From an uncultured Chloroflexia bacterium (lineage in GTDB: Bacteria > Chloroflexota > Limnocylindria > Limnocylindrales > CSP1-4): DNA of 64,000 nucleotides. Numbering within the stretch: position 1 is the stretch's first letter; every line of letters starts with the position of its first letter. Positions 31,372-40,867 of this stretch are shown one piece after another. The DNA lies in assembly GCA_963736895.1 (NCBI GenBank), contig CAVTQU010000008.1:119920-183919 (forward strand), given 5' to 3'. The notes beneath the pieces are model-generated. The model saw only the letters and a list, made by a program, of their open reading frames with translations, ran no database searches and was not told the origin of the DNA. Position numbers and translations under genes: made by a program.

Positions 31372-32289
31372 TCAGTGGGCTTCCGCTTCGGGGGGCTCGG
31401 GCGCATCGGGCTCGTCTTCGAAGGCAAGCTCCAGACCTGCCTCTTTCAGGATCGGAGCGTAGCCCTCTTCCTCGAGTCGGACCGCCAGCTCGCGTCCTCC
31501 GGACGCCACGATCTGGCCCTGCGCCAGGACGTGCACGACGTCAGGGGTTATGTAGTTGAGGATGCGCTGGTAGTGGGTGATCAGCAAGACCCCCAACTCG
31601 GGGCTGAGCTGGGCGTTCACGCCCTCGGCGACGATGCGCAGCGCGTCGATATCCAGGCCGCTGTCCGTTTCGTCGAGGATCGCGATCTCCGGCTGCAGCA
31701 CGGCCATCTGGAGCATCTCGAGGCGCTTCTTCTCGCCACCCGAGAAACCCTCGTTGACGTAGCGGGCGGCAAAGCTGTCGTCGAGCTTGAGTAGCGCCAT
31801 CTTCTCGCGGAGCAGCCGGCGGTAGTCGCCCATCGAGATGCCGCCGCGGGTCATGTCCGACGGGTCGATATCGGTGTTGACCGGCTTGTCGAGCGGGCGC
31901 ATCCGTGCGTTGAGGGCGGTGCGCAGGAAACTGGCGACGCTCAGCCCGGGGATGGCCGTCGGGTATTGGAACGCCAGGAAGATGCCGGAGCGACCGCGCT
32001 TGTCGGGGCTCAGCTTGAGCAGGTCGCGGCCCTTCCACAGGACCTCGCCGTGCGTTACCTCGTAGGCCGGGTGACCCATCAGCGCATAGGCGAGAGTCGT
32101 CTTACCTGAGCCGTTGCGACCCATGATCGCGTGGACCTCGCCCTTGCGGACGGTGAGGTTGATGCCGCGCAGGATCTCGCGTTTTCGGTCAGCGACCGGA
32201 ACCACGTGCAGGTCCTTGATGACCAGCTCACGGTCGTCGTCTGATTCGCTCGTCGTGGCGTTGGCTGGTGCGTCGATTGTCTGGGTCAT
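31372..32289 (-). CDS. sufC: Fe-S cluster assembly ATPase SufC
   Basis: GRNGSGKTTL Walker A, SGGEKKR, ILDETDSGLD; about 260-aa core with an N-terminal acidic extension. Start overlaps the Rrf2 stop (ATGA). Confidence 0.9.
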   Translation of the reverse strand: MTQTIDAPANATTSESDDDRELVIKDLHVVPVADRKREILRGINLTVRKGEVHAIMGRNGSGKTTLAYALMGHPAYEVTHGEVLWKGRDLLKLSPDKRGRSGIFLAFQYPTAIPGLSVASFLRTALNARMRPLDKPVNTDIDPSDMTRGGISMGDYRRLLREKMALLKLDDSFAARYVNEGFSGGEKKRLEMLQMAVLQPEIAILDETDSGLDIDALRIVAEGVNAQLSPELGVLLITHYQRILNYITPDVVHVLAQGQIVASGGRELAVRLEEEGYAPILKEAGLELAFEDEPDAPEPPEAEAH

Positions 32290-32783
32290 GAGTCCTTGGT
32301 GGGTGCGAGATGGGAGGTGGCCACCAGTGCCTCGATCGGCATTGGGGCTGAGTGGTAGGGGTGCTGGGCTCGGGGAGCGGCCAAGTCGGCGAGAGTGATC
32401 GAGTCGAGTGCGGTGATGATCGCGTTGCGCACGGTGGTCCAGAGGTGGTTCACGTTGCAGAAGCCCATCCGCTCGCAGATGCCGGCGTGAGCGGGATCCT
32501 CACTGGCACAGACCATGGGCGCGATCGGGCCTTCGAGGGCTCTCAGCACCTCACCCATTCGAATGTCGCTCGGCTCGCGCGTCAGCTCGTAGCCGCCATG
32601 TGCGCCGCGCGTGCTGGTGACGAGACCCGCTTCGCGAAGGCTCACGACGAGCTGCTCGAGGTAAGGGCGGGGCAGCGACTCGTGGTCCGCCATCTCGGTC
32701 AGCGAGATGGGGCCGGCGCCGGAATGCCGCGCGAGCTCGACCATCATCCGCACGCCGTACTCGCCGCGCGTGCTGAAATGCAC
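32286..32783 (-). CDS. Rrf2-family transcriptional regulator (IscR/CymR-like), first gene of the suf-cys operon
   Basis: VHFSTRGEYGVRMMVELARHSGAGPISLTEMADHESLPRPYLEQLVVSLREAGLVTSTRGAHGGY is a classic Rrf2 wHTH. Cys residues at C-x7-C-x5-C (VCASEDPAHAGICERMGFC) suggest an Fe-S ligand set. Start is GTG at 32783; the ORF-track N-terminal extension is not coding. Confidence 0.75.
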   Translation of the reverse strand: MHFSTRGEYGVRMMVELARHSGAGPISLTEMADHESLPRPYLEQLVVSLREAGLVTSTRGAHGGYELTREPSDIRMGEVLRALEGPIAPMVCASEDPAHAGICERMGFCNVNHLWTTVRNAIITALDSITLADLAAPRAQHPYHSAPMPIEALVATSHLAPTKDS

Positions 32784-32944
32784 GGCGCCGGTGCCGGGGA
32801 AGATGCTGCGCGGCCGCCTGGCCGACGCCGTAGCTGGCGCCGTTGCCGGCTCCGTCACGGACGCCGTATCAGGCTCTGAATTCCGAGTGATCACGTCAGG
32901 ATTGAGTCTAGCCGAGGCCCGATTTACCCGCAATCGCCGTCTCT

Positions 32945-33166
32945 TTGGCCGGCACTGTTCTCCCCCTGAGAAGTAACGGCCAACTTGACAGGTTCCACAA
33001 GGCTCAAACGCCTTCTCCCGGTCCGCCTGTTCGCTCGTGGCGAACAAACGGCCAAACAACGGCGGCGAGCTTGGCTTCTTGGCCGGTACTTCTCCCCCGG
33101 AGAACGGCCGCAGCTTCCGCGCACGTCCGGATTCCAAGTCTTGGAAGTACCGGACAACTGCCGGGA
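32945..33166. promoter_or_regulatory. Repeat-rich divergent promoter region: two copies of a TTGGCCGG(C/T)ACT..TTCTCCCCC(T/G)GAGAA..CGGCC element plus palindromes TGTTCGC-N5-GCGAACA and TTCCAAGTCTTGGAA
   Basis: Seen directly in the 520-bp intergenic region (32784..33305) between the Rrf2/suf-cys operon (minus) and the dinB-like gene (plus). Copies at 32945..32981 and 33079..33109; palindromes at 33030..33048 and 33132..33146. Confidence 0.5.
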
Positions 33167-33305
33167 GATTTCGCGCCCAAATTGGCATTGGTTTCCACCT
33201 GACGGAATCCGTGGCCATTTCGAGGGCGATCGAGGACTCTATTTAGCCGTTACGTACAAGGCTTGGAATCGGAGTCGGTTTCGCTGCGGCGCTAACCTCG
33301 GGGCA

Positions 33306-33803
33306 ATGCGGCAGACCGACGTGATCGCCCTGTTCGAATACAACTATTGGGCGAACTGGACGGTCCTCGGAGCCACCACCAAGGCGTCAGTCGAGCAATT
33401 CACCGCTCGAAAGACCGTCACGTGGCGAAATCTTCGCGGAACTCTGGTGCACACGCTGGACGTCGAGCAGAGCTGGCGCCGGCGACTTCAGGGCGAGCCG
33501 AAGTCGATCTGGGACGCCGAGCTGGCGGCCAAGAAGTTCGAGACCGTCGAACGGCTCGAAGCGTATTGGCGAACAGATGCCGCAGAAATGCTCGACTGGC
33601 TGCGGAGCCTGAGCGACGATCAGTTGGCGGCCGTCATCGACCTTGGCCCGAAGGATCGGTTCCCGCTGTGGTTCTTCCTGGTCCACATCGTGACCCACGG
33701 GACAGAGCAGCGTCGCGATGTCTCCATCCTGCTCAAGAACCTGGGCCTGGAAGCACCCGAGCTCGAATTTCTCTGGTACGCCGACTCGCTCGCAGGCAAA
33801 TGA
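33306..33803 (+). CDS. DinB/YfiT-like (DinB_2) four-helix-bundle metalloenzyme family protein
   Basis: About 165 aa; LFEYNYWANWTVL...H-rich motifs typical of the DinB_2 family. Confidence 0.65.
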   Translation: MRQTDVIALFEYNYWANWTVLGATTKASVEQFTARKTVTWRNLRGTLVHTLDVEQSWRRRLQGEPKSIWDAELAAKKFETVERLEAYWRTDAAEMLDWLRSLSDDQLAAVIDLGPKDRFPLWFFLVHIVTHGTEQRRDVSILLKNLGLEAPELEFLWYADSLAGK

Positions 33804-33823
33804 ACGCTCGCTAACCTCGCGCC

Positions 33824-34417
33824 ATGGAATTCAGCGAAGTTGTCCGGCGGCGGCGCATGGTGCGTAACTACGACCCGGAGCGGCCTGTTTCGCGAGAGGC
33901 TCTGGAGCGAATCGCCGCCGCGGCGCAGCGCGCGCCAAGCGCCGGCTTCAGCCAGGGACAGCGGCTCGTGGTCATCACGGATCCGGAGCGGCGCCGACGC
34001 GTGGCCGGACTGTGTGACGAGCCTGAATACGTTGAGGCCGGCTTCGATCCGTGGATCAGCCGGGCCCCGGCGCTGTTCGTGCCGTGCGTCAGCGAGGAGA
34101 TCTACCACGCCCGATACAACGAGCCGGACAAGCGTCCGCCCGGCGAGCCGGAGATCGATTGGCCAGTTCCGTACTGGTTCATCGACGTGGGCGCCACGGT
34201 GATGCTGATCCTGCTCGCGGCGGTCGATGAGGGCCTCGCCGCTGGCTTCCTCGGCACGCACCGCTTCCCTGAGCTGTCCGCGGAGCTGGGCCTCCCGTCC
34301 GATCAACAGCCGGTCGGCGTGATCACCGTTGGATACCCACGCCCCGACCGACGATCCGGGTCGCTGAAGCGCGGCTGGGTCAAAGCGGACGATTTCGTCC
34401 ACTGGGAGCGCTGGTGA
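33824..34417 (+). CDS. Nitroreductase-family (NAD(P)H:FMN oxidoreductase fold) protein
   Basis: RRMVRNYDPERPVSREALERI start and ~195-aa length are typical of the nitroreductase superfamily. Confidence 0.75.
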   Translation: MEFSEVVRRRRMVRNYDPERPVSREALERIAAAAQRAPSAGFSQGQRLVVITDPERRRRVAGLCDEPEYVEAGFDPWISRAPALFVPCVSEEIYHARYNEPDKRPPGEPEIDWPVPYWFIDVGATVMLILLAAVDEGLAAGFLGTHRFPELSAELGLPSDQQPVGVITVGYPRPDRRSGSLKRGWVKADDFVHWERW

Positions 34418-35340
34418 CAGACGAAACGCCCCAGCCGCCCCGACTGGGGCCGGTCGGGTTTCGGATTTCGGCCACCGGCGGCGTCGGGCTCACTTGGCAC
34501 AGGCTCGACGCAACCTGGGCCATCTGTGGCGAGCAGGAGGTTTTCTCGGCGGGCTGGCTGAGCGACCACCTGTCCGACGCGGGCCGCGAGCGCGGCGGCG
34601 CCGCGTTCGAGGCATTCACCACGGCGGCAGCGCTGGCTCATCGCGTCCCCCGCAAGTGGATCGGCCTGGCCGTGGCTGCGAACACATTTCGCCATCCGTC
34701 CGTGCTGGCGAAGCAGGCGACCATGATGGACATCGTTACGGGCGGCCGTTTCATCCTGGGTGTCGGGGCAGGCTGGCACATTGGCGAGCACGAGGCGTTC
34801 GGCATCGAATTGCCCGAGCCGCGCGAGCGGTTCGATCGCTATGAATCGTCGCTGCAGGTTCTGTCCGCACTCTTCAGCGAGGCGGCGCGCCAGCCGCCTG
34901 GCGTCACCCTGAGTGACGAAATCTACTCACTGGACCGCGCGACCAACGAGCCGCCGCCCGTCTCACCCACTGGTCCGCCACTGTGGCTCGGCGGCCAACG
35001 CCGCCGGGGAATCGAGCTGATCGCGCGCTACGCCTCGGGCTGGCCGCTGCCGGGCAACCGCGCCGGTGACGTCGACTACTTCGTCCAGATGCGCGACAGG
35101 ATCAGAAAGGAGCTTGAGTCGGCCGGCCGCGATCCGGACGCATTCACTTTTGCCGCCCAGGTCGACTGCGGAAGCTCAGCCAGCGACAGAAAGGCGGCTC
35201 TCAAGGCGGCTCGGCGCTTCCAGAAACAGGGAGCCGACCACGTCATCCTCGGAATACCGGGCTCCGCAGCACCAAACGCTGCCTTACCGATGGCCCACGA
35301 AGTGGCTGAGCCCATTCGAGAGGGCGCCCTCAGCAGCTAG
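34414..35340 (+). CDS. Luciferase-like monooxygenase family oxidoreductase (F420-dependent LLM class)
   Basis: TIM-barrel LLM motifs (GRFILGVGAGW, EHEAFG). About 308 aa. Start overlaps the previous stop. Confidence 0.7.
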   Translation: MTDETPQPPRLGPVGFRISATGGVGLTWHRLDATWAICGEQEVFSAGWLSDHLSDAGRERGGAAFEAFTTAAALAHRVPRKWIGLAVAANTFRHPSVLAKQATMMDIVTGGRFILGVGAGWHIGEHEAFGIELPEPRERFDRYESSLQVLSALFSEAARQPPGVTLSDEIYSLDRATNEPPPVSPTGPPLWLGGQRRRGIELIARYASGWPLPGNRAGDVDYFVQMRDRIRKELESAGRDPDAFTFAAQVDCGSSASDRKAALKAARRFQKQGADHVILGIPGSAAPNAALPMAHEVAEPIREGALSS

Positions 35341-35757
35341 CGGATGCCGGTGTCGTAGTTGATTTCGACGTCCACGAAGTCACCCGCCGCGACCGTGACT
35401 GAGACCGGCTGCGCGATCGGATACGGATCGGTACCTGGCACGGGAGTTACGACATAGTCGCCAGGGGCGAGGTCAACCTGGAACTTGCCATCATTGCCGG
35501 ACGTGATGCTCTGGACGCGGCCGCCTTCCGAGTCGAGGATCACCAGGCTCGCTGCATACGGCGTGAGGCAGGGCACAGGGTCATCCGCACCGGGGTCGGT
35601 GCTGCCTGGGCAGGTCGGCCCAAGGACGACTGTTCCGCGAATGCCCGACGGCGGCGTCGCTGTAGGAATCTGGATCCCGATCTCCGAGCAACCGATCACG
35701 AACATCGTCAGGCAGCCGAGCGCCAACAGCAGCGCCGACGAAGACTTCGACTTCATG
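35337..35757 (-). CDS. Lipoprotein with carboxypeptidase-regulatory-like (Ig-like beta-sandwich) domain
   Basis: MKSKSSSALLLALGCLTMFVIGCSE lipobox; GTVVLGP...GKFQVDLAPGDYVV motif. The ORF-track N-terminal extension is not coding. Confidence 0.5.
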
Positions 35758-36355
35758 CTTCGCGCATCCTCGCCGGTGTGGCGGCGGCCTGCTCGGCCTG
35801 TTCGGCAGCACGCGCCAGAACCCACAACAGATCGGCCAGTCGATTCACGTATGGCCCGACCCACGGACTGCCCAGCTCGACAGCCCGATCCAGGGCGACG
35901 ATCCGCCGCTCGGCGCGTCGGAGAACGGTCCGCGCCACCTCGAGCTCCGCGGACGCCCATGTCTCGCCCGGCACGATGAACTCGCGAGGCATCTCGACGG
36001 TTGCCTCCCATCGGGCGAGATCGGCTTCGACTCCATTCAGCATCTCTTCGGAAACACGCGTGACACCATCCTGAAGTCGATCGACAGCCGTTGGATTTGT
36101 CGCCAGCTCCGCACCCACAACGAACAGCTCGCGCTGGTAACGCAGCACGATCTCCGATAGTTCCGTCAAGGCGGCCTGTGTCAACGCGACCCTGGCAACG
36201 CCGAGTACCGCAACGGCTTCGTCAACCGCTCCGTAAGCGTCGGTCCGAGGGTCGTCCTTGCCGATTCGGCCGCCATACAGAAGGCCGGTCGTCCCATCGT
36301 CGCCTTTACCTGTGGCGACTGCGCTATTCGCTATCGAAGGTCGGCGAGCTACCAC
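35753..36355 (-). CDS. ATP:cob(I)alamin adenosyltransferase, PduO/MMAB type
   Basis: TGKGDDGTTGLLYGGRIGKDD N-terminal signature. Confidence 0.85.
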   Translation of the reverse strand: MVARRPSIANSAVATGKGDDGTTGLLYGGRIGKDDPRTDAYGAVDEAVAVLGVARVALTQAALTELSEIVLRYQRELFVVGAELATNPTAVDRLQDGVTRVSEEMLNGVEADLARWEATVEMPREFIVPGETWASAELEVARTVLRRAERRIVALDRAVELGSPWVGPYVNRLADLLWVLARAAEQAEQAAATPARMREA

Positions 36356-36723
36356 ACCAGGCCGGCGTCGCGCGGGTCCCAGCGCTCTGCCAAAAGGGTG
36401 ACTTTGACCTCGTTCTCGACGACGCTCTCGACCTGCTCCTTCACCTGCTGGATCATCGATCCGGCGTAGGGGCAGAACGGCGTCGTCAGGATCATCTTGA
36501 CCTCGGTCTGCTCCGGGCTCTGGATGATCTGCTTGATGAGCGCCAGCTCGACGACATTCATGCCGATCTCGGGGTCGACCACGGCGCGCAGCGCGTCAAG
36601 GATCGCCAGCTCGGTCGCACGCGCCTGCGGGTCGATCGTGACCGCGGGTGCAGCAGTCGTCGCGGGCGCGGACGGCGCTGGATCGGTGGTCGTTGGTGTC
36701 TCGGTCGAAATCTGATCAGCCAT
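36349..36723 (-). CDS. DUF59/MIP18-family Fe-S cluster assembly factor (SufT-like)
   Basis: VVDPEIGMNVVELALI...LTTPFCPYAG motif; PT-rich N-terminus. Confidence 0.7.
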   Translation of the reverse strand: MADQISTETPTTTDPAPSAPATTAAPAVTIDPQARATELAILDALRAVVDPEIGMNVVELALIKQIIQSPEQTEVKMILTTPFCPYAGSMIQQVKEQVESVVENEVKVTLLAERWDPRDAGLVW

Positions 36724-36779
36724 GTCGGATATCCATCATACCGCCGCGTCGCCGAAGCCCTGCTGAGCGCAGGATGAGC

Positions 36780-37107
36780 TTAAGCGCCGACTGGCTCCGT
36801 GGTCACGACTCCCGGCAGGGTTCGCAGGTGCTCCGGAAAGCCTGACGTTTCCTCTTCGCTGAACCCGGGGCCGCGGAGAGAACCGTCGGCCTCGAAGAAG
36901 TCCGCGTAGCGCGCCTTGTTCTCGGACGCGAACTTGAACGCCTCGGCAATTCCGACCCGGCGCAACTCTGGGTTGTCGGCCAGGATCGCCGCGGGCGTCA
37001 ACCCGTTCGAACGCATCTCGAGCACGTTGCGCACCGAAAGCCGCGTGGCGTAGCAGAACGGCTCGCCGTTCATGACCAGCGGGTCCACCTTGACCCATTT
37101 GATCGTC
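36780..37107 (-). CDS. DUF433-domain protein
   Basis: About 108 aa from MTIKWVKVDPLVMNGEPF.... The ORF-track upstream extension is in a non-coding-looking frame. Confidence 0.55.
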
Positions 37108-37125
37108 ATCGAATCACCACAACAC

Positions 37126-37728
37126 TCAGATCCACTTGTCGTCGCCGACTCCGGCGCCCTTCCAGAAGAAGCGGATGACGGAGTTGCCCTTGTGATCGCC
37201 GGCCAGGCGCTGGTGCCTGCGCAGCACCATGACCCACTTCTCGAACAGGTCGTCGGACACGCGCTTCTCGTCCGGCGACATGACAGTGGCCGCGGCAGCT
37301 TGAAGTCCAGCGAGCAACGCGAGGACATCCGCACTCGGCACCTTGCGTCGGCGGTAGACCGGTACGAGCCACTCCGCGTAGCTCGTCACGTAGTAGTCCT
37401 TACCCGTGGCCAGGGCCTTCGCCAGCTGTTGGACATGACGTTCGAGGTCACGCAGGAAGAGCCGGAGCGCCTCGTCGTCATAGCGCTCGGCGAATCCGTT
37501 GGCGTCGCGAACGGTTGTCTGCAGGCTGAGACGGGCGATCCGGTCACGGTTCGTCTGCAATCGCTCGGCTGCCTCTGGCAGACCTGCGGTCACATCGTGC
37601 GGCGGCAGACCAAGGGTTGGGTGGGGCATCCGGCGACCTAGTCTATCGGTTGTGGAATCGCCGCCTGCAAGTCCGCGGATGTCCAGGGCCGCACTTTTCG
37701 GCCTGGGCGCGGCCGTGCCCGTCGCCAT
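37126..37728 (-). CDS. Hypothetical cytoplasmic protein (alpha-helical), unknown function
   Basis: Coding-like ORF. Start may be the internal Met at about 37629 (MPHPTLG). Confidence 0.35.
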   Translation of the reverse strand: MATGTAAPRPKSAALDIRGLAGGDSTTDRLGRRMPHPTLGLPPHDVTAGLPEAAERLQTNRDRIARLSLQTTVRDANGFAERYDDEALRLFLRDLERHVQQLAKALATGKDYYVTSYAEWLVPVYRRRKVPSADVLALLAGLQAAAATVMSPDEKRVSDDLFEKWVMVLRRHQRLAGDHKGNSVIRFFWKGAGVGDDKWI

Positions 37729-38083
37729 GGTCTACGGAATCCTTGCCGATCCATTCGGGCTGAGCTGGGGCCTCATCGCCATCGGCCTCGTCGGCGGGGC
37801 GCTGATCGGCATGGCCGTCGGCCAGGGAGCGTTCGATGGACGCTTCCATCTGGTCGTGCCGCGGGTCAGGTGGCTGTCCGCGTTGATCGCAGTTTTCGCA
37901 TGGATCGCGGCCGCAGTCGTGTCCTACGTTGCGAGCCAGGTCTTCTACCAGGCCGCCAGCACGCCGCTTAGCGACCGGCTCTCGCTCGCCGGGTTCGCCG
38001 ACTATTTCAACGGAACGGTCTTCAGCCCGAGCATCCTTGGACTGGCGGTGATGGCCTTCATGGCTTGGCGCGGGGCGCGATGA
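37679..38083 (+). CDS. Membrane protein (4 TM), unknown function
   Basis: MSRAALFGLGAAVPVAMVYG...; hydrophobic. Convergent with the gene at 37126..37728 with a small overlap. Confidence 0.4.
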   Translation: MSRAALFGLGAAVPVAMVYGILADPFGLSWGLIAIGLVGGALIGMAVGQGAFDGRFHLVVPRVRWLSALIAVFAWIAAAVVSYVASQVFYQAASTPLSDRLSLAGFADYFNGTVFSPSILGLAVMAFMAWRGAR

Positions 38084-38123
38084 TGGGCTGGCGACGGCTC
38101 AAGACCGATCGCAGAGGAGAAGT

Positions 38124-38447
38124 GTGCCCAAGCTTCTGATCGCCGTCGTCCACGCCCAGGATGCGAGCCAGCTCGTTGAGGCGCTGCGCGGCGCCGAGCT
38201 GCGCGTGACCGAGGTCCTGTCACGCGGCGGCTTTCTGCAGGCACGCAACGCGATGCTGTACATCGGCGTCGAGGACGAGCAGGTCCCGGTCGCGATGGCG
38301 CTGATCGAGGAGAACTGCCGGTCACGCACCGAGGAAGTACCGGCGGAGCCGCTCGGTGGCATCGATGCGAACTGGCTGCCCACCGAGGTGACGCATGGTG
38401 GCGCCACGGTCTTCGTTGTTCCGCTGGACGAGATCCGCCGGATATAA
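38124..38447 (+). CDS. darA: PII-like c-di-AMP receptor protein DarA/PstA family
   Basis: 107 aa; strongly similar by eye to PstA/DarA (LIAVV..QDA..L...L......T.....GGFL...N..L.IGV....V.....I...C......GGATVFV.P.D). Confidence 0.7.
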   Translation: MPKLLIAVVHAQDASQLVEALRGAELRVTEVLSRGGFLQARNAMLYIGVEDEQVPVAMALIEENCRSRTEEVPAEPLGGIDANWLPTEVTHGGATVFVVPLDEIRRI

Positions 38448-38525
38448 AAGCGACGGTTGGACCTCGGCGGTACGCCGAGAGCCAAGCGCTTCGCGCGTAG
38501 CTGGCCGCAGGCCAGCGAAGGAGGA

Positions 38526-38870
38526 TCAGCCCTCTCCCAGGAAGGGCATGTTCTGCTCCTCCACTGCCTTGAGGCTCATCCGGAGCGCAGCCGTCTTCTG
38601 TGTCGCGACGTCGCGCACGTAGGCTTCTTCCTCCTCGGCGGTCATAGCCCGCCCGCGGGCCGTTTCACTCCGGCCGACCATCAGCCAGGCGAGGTGGTAG
38701 CGATCCATCTTTCCCCACGCCCGACTGAGCAGATCGTCGGACAGCTGCAGCCATACGCGCAGCGCTGAAACGCTCGGCGCAACCTGCAGCCGCTCGCCCT
38801 CGGCGATGAGCTGGCGTGTGTCGGTGATGAGCTCAGAGCGTTTCATGCGATTGCCGATTATCGTCAGCAC
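38526..38870 (-). CDS. Hypothetical protein
   Basis: 114-aa ORF, coding-like; no recognised motif. Confidence 0.3.
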   Translation of the reverse strand: MLTIIGNRMKRSELITDTRQLIAEGERLQVAPSVSALRVWLQLSDDLLSRAWGKMDRYHLAWLMVGRSETARGRAMTAEEEEAYVRDVATQKTAALRMSLKAVEEQNMPFLGEG

Positions 38871-39980
38871 GTGGCGGCCACCGCTCCCAGCACGTCTGCC
38901 GATGCCTCACCGCCATCAGCCGCGCTGCGCCGCGATCCATCGAAGCTTGACGGCGTCTACGCACGCCTCCGCGAACGAGTGGGGTCAAAGACGCTGCCTG
39001 CCGCGGCCCTGGCAGTCGGTGACGCGGACGGGGAGATTCGCAGCGAGACCTTCGCGGCCAAAGGTGCGATCCGGACGGACAGCCTCTTCTTTCTGGCGTC
39101 AGTAACCAAACCGATCTTCGCCACGGCATTCATGCAGCTCGTGGAGTCGGGGGCGATCTCCCTCGATGCGCCGATCGTCCGTTACATCCCGGAGTTCGCC
39201 AACGCCCCGGGTAAGGCCGACGTGACCTCCGTGCACCTGCTTACTCACTCGTCCGGAGTGCCCGACTACCCCGTGGATCGCATTCGGCGCGATCGGCCGT
39301 CGGCGGCGGCAATGACTCAGAACGCGATCGACTCGCCCCTCAAGTTCATGCCGGGAACGCATTACGAATACTGCTCATCGTCCTTCTATCTGCTGGCCCG
39401 AATGATCGAGCAGGCATCCGGTCAGCGATATGCCGACTACCTGCGCAATCGCGTCCTCGAGCCGCTGGGAATGGTGGCCACCTTCGACCCGCGGAAATCG
39501 CGCAGACCGATCGTGACTGTGCACGGAGTCGGCGTCGATAACGTGCTGACGCGCTTCGTCGTCCTGCGCTACCTGGCAGCAACCGCGGTGCCGGGCGGCG
39601 GCCTCTTCGGAACGCTGGACGACCTGTTGCGCTTCGGCGCCGCAACCTTGCGCCCGATTCGCGATGGCGATCGCTACATCCCGCTCATGCCGGCCTCGAT
39701 CGAGCTCATGCGCCAGGATCACCTGGGCGGCGTTCCGGGCCTTGTCGACGGCGAGGAAAAGCCGGTTCACTTCGGGCTGGGCTGGGGCAAACCAACATTG
39801 ATGCACGACATTCCCGGCTCGAAGAGCGTCGTCTCGCATGGCGGAGCGGTGGGAACTCGAATCTGGGTCGACCACGACGCCGAACTGGTCATCGTGTTCT
39901 TCAGCAACCAGTGGTCCGGCGAGCGCGGACCGGAGAACGAGGCGATCGCCGGTGTCTACGAGGCGCTGGGCTCTCCCTAG
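38871..39980 (+). CDS. Serine hydrolase, beta-lactamase/transpeptidase-fold family (class C-like)
   Basis: S-x-x-K motif in LASVTKPIFA; YxN-like and HGG (KTG-equivalent) regions; about 369 aa. Confidence 0.8.
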   Translation: MAATAPSTSADASPPSAALRRDPSKLDGVYARLRERVGSKTLPAAALAVGDADGEIRSETFAAKGAIRTDSLFFLASVTKPIFATAFMQLVESGAISLDAPIVRYIPEFANAPGKADVTSVHLLTHSSGVPDYPVDRIRRDRPSAAAMTQNAIDSPLKFMPGTHYEYCSSSFYLLARMIEQASGQRYADYLRNRVLEPLGMVATFDPRKSRRPIVTVHGVGVDNVLTRFVVLRYLAATAVPGGGLFGTLDDLLRFGAATLRPIRDGDRYIPLMPASIELMRQDHLGGVPGLVDGEEKPVHFGLGWGKPTLMHDIPGSKSVVSHGGAVGTRIWVDHDAELVIVFFSNQWSGERGPENEAIAGVYEALGSP

Positions 39981-40396
39981 GGAACGCCGCCCTCGTCGCG
40001 CGCAAATGCAAGCAGCCGGTCTGTGCACTGCTCGGCACAACGCTCCACCTGGCGGACCAGCCACGGTTCGATCCTGGCGCTGTCCTCGAGCGTCATCTCC
40101 TCGCCGGCCTGACCCTCTGACACCTCGAAGCCGCTCTGTGTTCGGAAGTCCGCGTTCCAGTTGGCCTGTAGCTGAACGAGGACCGCGGCCACGACCGGTC
40201 GCGCGAAGGACCAGTCGAGATAGTCGGCATTGAGGCGATCGACCATGTCACGCAGTCGGACCGGCGTGCCACGCGGCACGCGTGCGACGAGGTGCGCCAC
40301 CCGGAGAGCCGCAAAAGGGTCGCCCGACTCGGCAACGGTGGGCGGCCGGATGTTCGGGTCGGGCAGATTCGGAACTTCGCGCAGATCCAGCGCCAT
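39977..40396 (-). CDS. Hypothetical protein
   Basis: 139-aa ORF with coding composition. Confidence 0.3.
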   Translation of the reverse strand: MALDLREVPNLPDPNIRPPTVAESGDPFAALRVAHLVARVPRGTPVRLRDMVDRLNADYLDWSFARPVVAAVLVQLQANWNADFRTQSGFEVSEGQAGEEMTLEDSARIEPWLVRQVERCAEQCTDRLLAFARDEGGVP

Positions 40397-40417
40397 CAGC
40401 GCGTCATCAGGGTGTCG

Positions 40418-40867
40418 TCAACGCGGTTCGAGGCGCATCGTGAATGGCAGGACGTTGTCCGTGACCATCGACGCTGTGGACATGCTGTTGCGGTATTTGG
40501 ACTCGAGCCCACGTGTGCAGCGCTCGATCGAGTCCTCGTCCGTCACGTGGACTGCCCGCACGGGTATGGAGCGTCCGCCAACATGGAGCGTCACCTGGTC
40601 TGGCCGCTCCAGCGCGTGGTGATACCACCACCCACGGTCGGCCAGCCACGAACGCACGAAGGCAGCATGTGCGTCCACGACGACCCAGATGATCGTGCGC
40701 TTGGGGCTGCCATCCTTGCGGACCGTCTCGATCTCGACCTCGCGCTCCCGGTCGAGCAGGTCGAGCGTCTCCCGATCGAACGTCGGCAGGCCGTCGGTGG
40801 AGGTCAGTAGAGAGCCTGCAGGCCGAGGACGTCGCCCCGACCCAGCGTCGAGGCCGCGTCGTTGCAT
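40418..40867 (-). CDS. Hypothetical protein (possibly DUF2255 / PNPOx-like fold)
   Basis: TIIWVVVD...VRSW motif region. Start probably internal. Overlaps the next gene's end by about 60 nt. Confidence 0.3.
   Translation of the reverse strand: MQRRGLDAGSGRRPRPAGSLLTSTDGLPTFDRETLDLLDREREVEIETVRKDGSPKRTIIWVVVDAHAAFVRSWLADRGWWYHHALERPDQVTLHVGGRSIPVRAVHVTDEDSIERCTRGLESKYRNSMSTASMVTDNVLPFTMRLEPR

Noticed and set aside
32784-33218. N-terminal 145-residue extension of the Rrf2 ORF given by the ORF track (ORF 32286..33218)
   Set aside because: The extension is low-complexity (Pro/Arg/Ser-rich) and lacks homology, while a GTG immediately precedes the canonical Rrf2 N-terminus (VHFSTRGEYG...). The region is better explained as a repeat-rich promoter region.
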